Shown: in pieces, positions 60,882 to 64,000 of the stretch | How positions within the stretch are numbered: the stretch's first letter is position 1 | Layout: every line of letters starts with the position of its first letter | NCBI GenBank assembly: GCA_034670305.1 | Contig: JAXMNT010000024.1 | Coordinates: 32,001 to 96,000, forward strand | Direction of reading: 5' to 3' | Origin: Deltaproteobacteria bacterium | GTDB taxonomy: Bacteria; Myxococcota_A; Polyangia; Polyangiales; Houyiibacteriaceae | DNA length: 64,000 bases | Position numbers and translations under genes: made by a program | Notes under the pieces: model-generated | Database searches by the model: none | Seen by the model: the letters and a program-made list of their open reading frames with translations, nothing else | Told to the model about the DNA's origin: nothing

Positions 60882-62109
60882 CGACGCGCTCCTCGATCCA
60901 CGGCACGACGACGTCCATCAACCGCTCGACGTCCGGGGCGTGTTTGGCGCCGAGTTCGTCCGGTTGGAAGTAGTGCGCCGCGCCCTCGATCACCTGGAAG
61001 GTGGCGTCCTTCATGTGCATCGCGGCGCGGAGCCGCGCGACGTCGCTCGGGAAGACCTCTTTGTCCTTCTCGGCGTGCACCATCAGGGTGGGCAAACTCA
61101 GCGTGGCCAGCGTCGCTTCCAGGTTGGCGTTCGACGCGCGGCCCGACCAGGTCGAGAGCCAGCCGCGTGGCGTGACCGTGCGGGCGAAGCCGATCCGCGC
61201 GACGTTCATCAAGTCCGGTCGGTCGCTGATCAACGATCCGTACTCCCGCGGCGACGGGTCGAGGGACAGATCGGTGTAGTTCAAGTTGGCCATGGTCCGC
61301 GGCACCACCCACACCGTCTCCGCGTGCGCCGCTCTCATGGTGGCGCGCTGGGTGTCTGGGTCGAGTTGGTCGAAGTCGCGCGCGCCCGCTTTCGCCGCGG
61401 CTTCTCTCATGGTGCCAAGCACTGCGTGCGCGCGTTCGTCGAGCGCTTGCACCCGCACCTCTTGCGCAGCGCGGTAGCGGCGCACGAACTCGGGATCGAA
61501 CTGGCTCGATGCGGGGGCGGGCACGTGCCCGTTGCGCGGGTCGTACATGTCGAGGTCCCGGTTCCACTTCGAGCCGTCCTCGTCGACGACCGAAGGATCG
61601 ATCGCACCCAAGAGCACCTGTCCCTGGCCGCGGTGCGCGGCGACCACGCACAGGAGATCCGCCGGCATCAACGTCGCGCCGCGCAGCTTGGTGGGGTCGC
61701 CCGCGGCGGTCTGAGTCAGCCGCTCGGCGGGCGGAAGCTGGGCTTGGGATTGGTAGAAGCCGAAGAGCGAGCCGCCGCCGGAGTTGCCGAAGAGCACGAC
61801 CTGTTCGATGCCGCGACGCTCCTTCAAGAAACGGATGCACGCGCCGACGTCGAGCAGCAGGTCTTCGTGCACGCAATCGGAGTCGTCGTTGGGGCTGCGC
61901 GAGTTGGCCGCGAGCACGGCGAAGCCGGCGTCGACGAGACGCGGCACGCAGTAGTGGTGGGTGAAGTCGACCCGCGGATGCATGACGACCACGCCGACAC
62001 GGGGGGTGCGGCCACGCGGGGTCCACAGGAGTGCGTGCAGCTGCCGGAAGTCTTCGGTCCGCAGCCACTTGGACTCGAGGTCCGCGTCTCTCGGCGGCGC
62101 GCGAAACAT
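60874..62109 (-). CDS. Alpha/beta hydrolase
   Basis: LFGNSGGGSL nucleophile elbow; HAEKD; IEGAAHYF; stop overlaps the downstream start by 8 bp. Confidence 0.85.
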   Translation of the reverse strand: MFRAPPRDADLESKWLRTEDFRQLHALLWTPRGRTPRVGVVVMHPRVDFTHHYCVPRLVDAGFAVLAANSRSPNDDSDCVHEDLLLDVGACIRFLKERRGIEQVVLFGNSGGGSLFGFYQSQAQLPPAERLTQTAAGDPTKLRGATLMPADLLCVVAAHRGQGQVLLGAIDPSVVDEDGSKWNRDLDMYDPRNGHVPAPASSQFDPEFVRRYRAAQEVRVQALDERAHAVLGTMREAAAKAGARDFDQLDPDTQRATMRAAHAETVWVVPRTMANLNYTDLSLDPSPREYGSLISDRPDLMNVARIGFARTVTPRGWLSTWSGRASNANLEATLATLSLPTLMVHAEKDKEVFPSDVARLRAAMHMKDATFQVIEGAAHYFQPDELGAKHAPDVERLMDVVVPWIEERVDV

Positions 62110-62173
62110 CCAGGGGAACCCGCCCCAGTAGGTCTTGGAGATGAGGATCACGGGCAGAGGGTACACTTGGCCC

Positions 62174-62662
62174 ATGCGTTTGCCTCTCACCCTCGCGACG
62201 ACCCTGTGCTTGGCCCTCCTGGTCGGGTACGGCTTGCTCTCCCCCGCGCACTCCGAAGCGGATGCGATCGGTCTGCCACCCGAATGCGTCGACGGAACCT
62301 CGGTCGGGTTCTGTCATGGACCGCAGTACTGCCAGCGCGACACCTGCACGTCGGATTCGAGCTGCGGCGATGGGTTCGTGTGCCGCGAACGAAACCTGTG
62401 CCTCGAGACACACTTCTGCGGCGGTGGACGACCGCCACCCGACGCCGACTCGAGCGGCACCACCGTGCAGAACGTCACCGGGGTGTGCGGCGCGTGCGCG
62501 GGCACCTGCGAGGTCTCGATGGTCTGCGTGCCGGGCGCGTCTGAAGAAGGAGGCTGCGGCTGCAGCGCGCCTGGAATGCCCCGCTCGAAGTCGATGCCGA
62601 TCGCGTTGCTCGGCCTGTCCCTCGGGGCAGTCTTCGGCGCCCGCCTCCTCCGCCGCCGCTGA
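62174..62662 (+). CDS. Small Cys-rich secreted protein with MYXO-CTERM-type tail
   Basis: Signal peptide; CTSDSSCGDGFVC; GGCGCS, TM, RLLRRR. Confidence 0.75.
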   Translation: MRLPLTLATTLCLALLVGYGLLSPAHSEADAIGLPPECVDGTSVGFCHGPQYCQRDTCTSDSSCGDGFVCRERNLCLETHFCGGGRPPPDADSSGTTVQNVTGVCGACAGTCEVSMVCVPGASEEGGCGCSAPGMPRSKSMPIALLGLSLGAVFGARLLRRR

Positions 62663-62687
62663 CAGCGCCGGCCACTGGGCTGCGGGT

Positions 62688-63458
62688 CTACGTACCTGTG
62701 AACTTCGCTTCGCGGCGTTCCACGAACGACTTCAGTCCTTCGGCCGCGTCGTCGGTGTCCATCAAGGTGCGGGCTTCGTCGAGCAACGCGGCGGCTGCTT
62801 TCTCGGGACCCTCTTCGAACGTGAGCCACGCGCTCCGAAGCGTGGCCTGCACCCCGAGCGGTGCGCGCGAGGCGACGGTGGCCGCGAGCTCGAGCGCGCG
62901 CGCGTCCGGGTCGTCGTGCAGCTCTTGCACGAGACCGACCCGCAGCGCTTCGTTCGCGGGCATCCGGTCCCCGGTCAGGATCCATCGCATGGCGTTGCCC
63001 CAGCCAAGCTGGGTTGGCCACCGCATCGTGCCACCGCCAAACGGGAAAATGCCTCGATTGATTTCGATCTGACCGAAGCTGGCGTCCGGCGAACACACGC
63101 GGATGTCGCACGCGAGCGCGAGTTCGATGCCGATCGTGAAGCAGTAGCCACGGATCGCGATCACCACCGGCTTTCTCCGGCGGCGCCCATGGAGCCCGAG
63201 CGGATCGACGCCGTCGGGTGGAAAGAGCGCTGCCCCCGACGCCACCGCGGGGCCCACTTCGGCCAAGTCCAGCCCAGCCGTGAAGGCTTTGCCCTCAGCG
63301 CTGACGACCAGACATCGAACGTCGTCGTCGTCGTCCGCGAGCGTGTACGCCTCGGCGAGTTCGCGCAGCATGGTCAAGTCGAACGCGTTCAGTTTGTCGG
63401 CGCGGTTCAGCCGAAGGTGCGCGACGTGGTCGGCGACGGAGTAGGTGATGCGCTGCAT
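62688..63458 (-). CDS. Crotonase/enoyl-CoA hydratase family protein
   Basis: LNRADKLNAF, FTAGLDL, GIELALACD, EINRGIFPFGGG, EGLKSFVERR. Confidence 0.92.
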   Translation of the reverse strand: MQRITYSVADHVAHLRLNRADKLNAFDLTMLRELAEAYTLADDDDDVRCLVVSAEGKAFTAGLDLAEVGPAVASGAALFPPDGVDPLGLHGRRRRKPVVIAIRGYCFTIGIELALACDIRVCSPDASFGQIEINRGIFPFGGGTMRWPTQLGWGNAMRWILTGDRMPANEALRVGLVQELHDDPDARALELAATVASRAPLGVQATLRSAWLTFEEGPEKAAAALLDEARTLMDTDDAAEGLKSFVERREAKFTGT

Positions 63459-63471
63459 GCGCCGGAGTCTA

Positions 63472-63626
63472 CCGAAGCCGAAGCCGATGCCGAAGCCGGT
63501 GCCGAAGCCGATGCCGAAGCCGACGCCGAAGCCGAAGCCGAAGCCGAAGCCGATGCCGACGCCGATGCCGATGCCGAAGCCGATGCCGTAGCCGAAGCCG
63601 ATGCCGTAGCCGACGGCGAAGCCGAT
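63472..63626. repeat. Intergenic hexamer array G: (GCCGAN)n
   Basis: Fills almost the whole gap between the acyltransferase stop and the crotonase ATG. Confidence 0.9.
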
Positions 63627-63642
63627 CGCGACGAGTGGTGAC

Positions 63643-64000
63643 TCAGCCGAGGGCGGCGATGCCGCTGCCGTCTGGGTCGGTGCCGTCGACGTAGCGGGCC
63701 ATTGCTTCGCTGAGGTTGGCGGCGAGCGCCATGATGCCTTCGTCGTCGAGGTCGGTCGTCTCGATCTGGGGGCCGATGTAGACGTCCACGTCGCCGGGTG
63801 CGAAGAGCGCGCTGCCCTTGCGGTTGACCTCGAACATGCCGCGGACCGCGATCGACGCGACCGGGAGCGCGGAGTCGCGGGCCATGAAGAAGACGCCGCG
63901 TTTGAATGGCTGCACTTTGCCATCCGCGGTCCGGTGGGCTTCCGGGAAGGTGAGGATCGAGAGCCCCTTCGAGGCGCGGTCGCGCGCTTCGGCACAGAGC
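63643..64000 (-). CDS. Lysophospholipid acyltransferase (PlsC family), 5' end outside the window
   Basis: SILTFPEAHRTADGKVQPFKRGVF...LPV (FPEGTR-like motif). Confidence 0.8.
   Translation of the reverse strand, partial: LCAEARDRASKGLSILTFPEAHRTADGKVQPFKRGVFFMARDSALPVASIAVRGMFEVNRKGSALFAPGDVDVYIGPQIETTDLDDEGIMALAANLSEAMARYVDGTDPDGSGIAALG

Overview
GC-rich chromosomal window from a myxobacterium, probably Polyangiales/Sandaracinaceae-like. This is inferred from mglBA, MYXO-CTERM-type GCGC tails, many Cys-rich lipoproteins and eukaryote-like Ser/Thr kinases. Core genes: tRNA-Arg(CCG), a DUF4178-DUF4178-DUF350-speE operon, ppsR, panBC, ftsEX-envC, thiC with a TPP riboswitch, leuS, mglBA, sppA, a citrate-synthase pair, a P450 and two crotonases. 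No integrase, transposase, reverse transcriptase or CRISPR array was recognised. Main unexplained signals: (1) seven related intergenic hexamer arrays built on (GCCGAN)n, often fused to a (GGGCAN)n block, plus an eighth array of a different unit, always next to a gene 3' end; (2) a co-oriented four-gene block (MglB-less extended MglA-like GTPase, apparent PP2C pseudophosphatase, TSP3/VWA lipoprotein, membrane J-domain protein) bracketed by two direct copies of a modular hairpin-rich repeat; (3) an unannotated 43-aa very basic ORF with promoter and RBS upstream of ppsR; (4) a flavodoxin-cupin fusion coupled to an alpha/beta hydrolase; (5) an HTH-citrate-synthase fusion with an obvious TGATCA operator. 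Family calls come from motif recognition by eye; no database searches were run, and start codons are best guesses.
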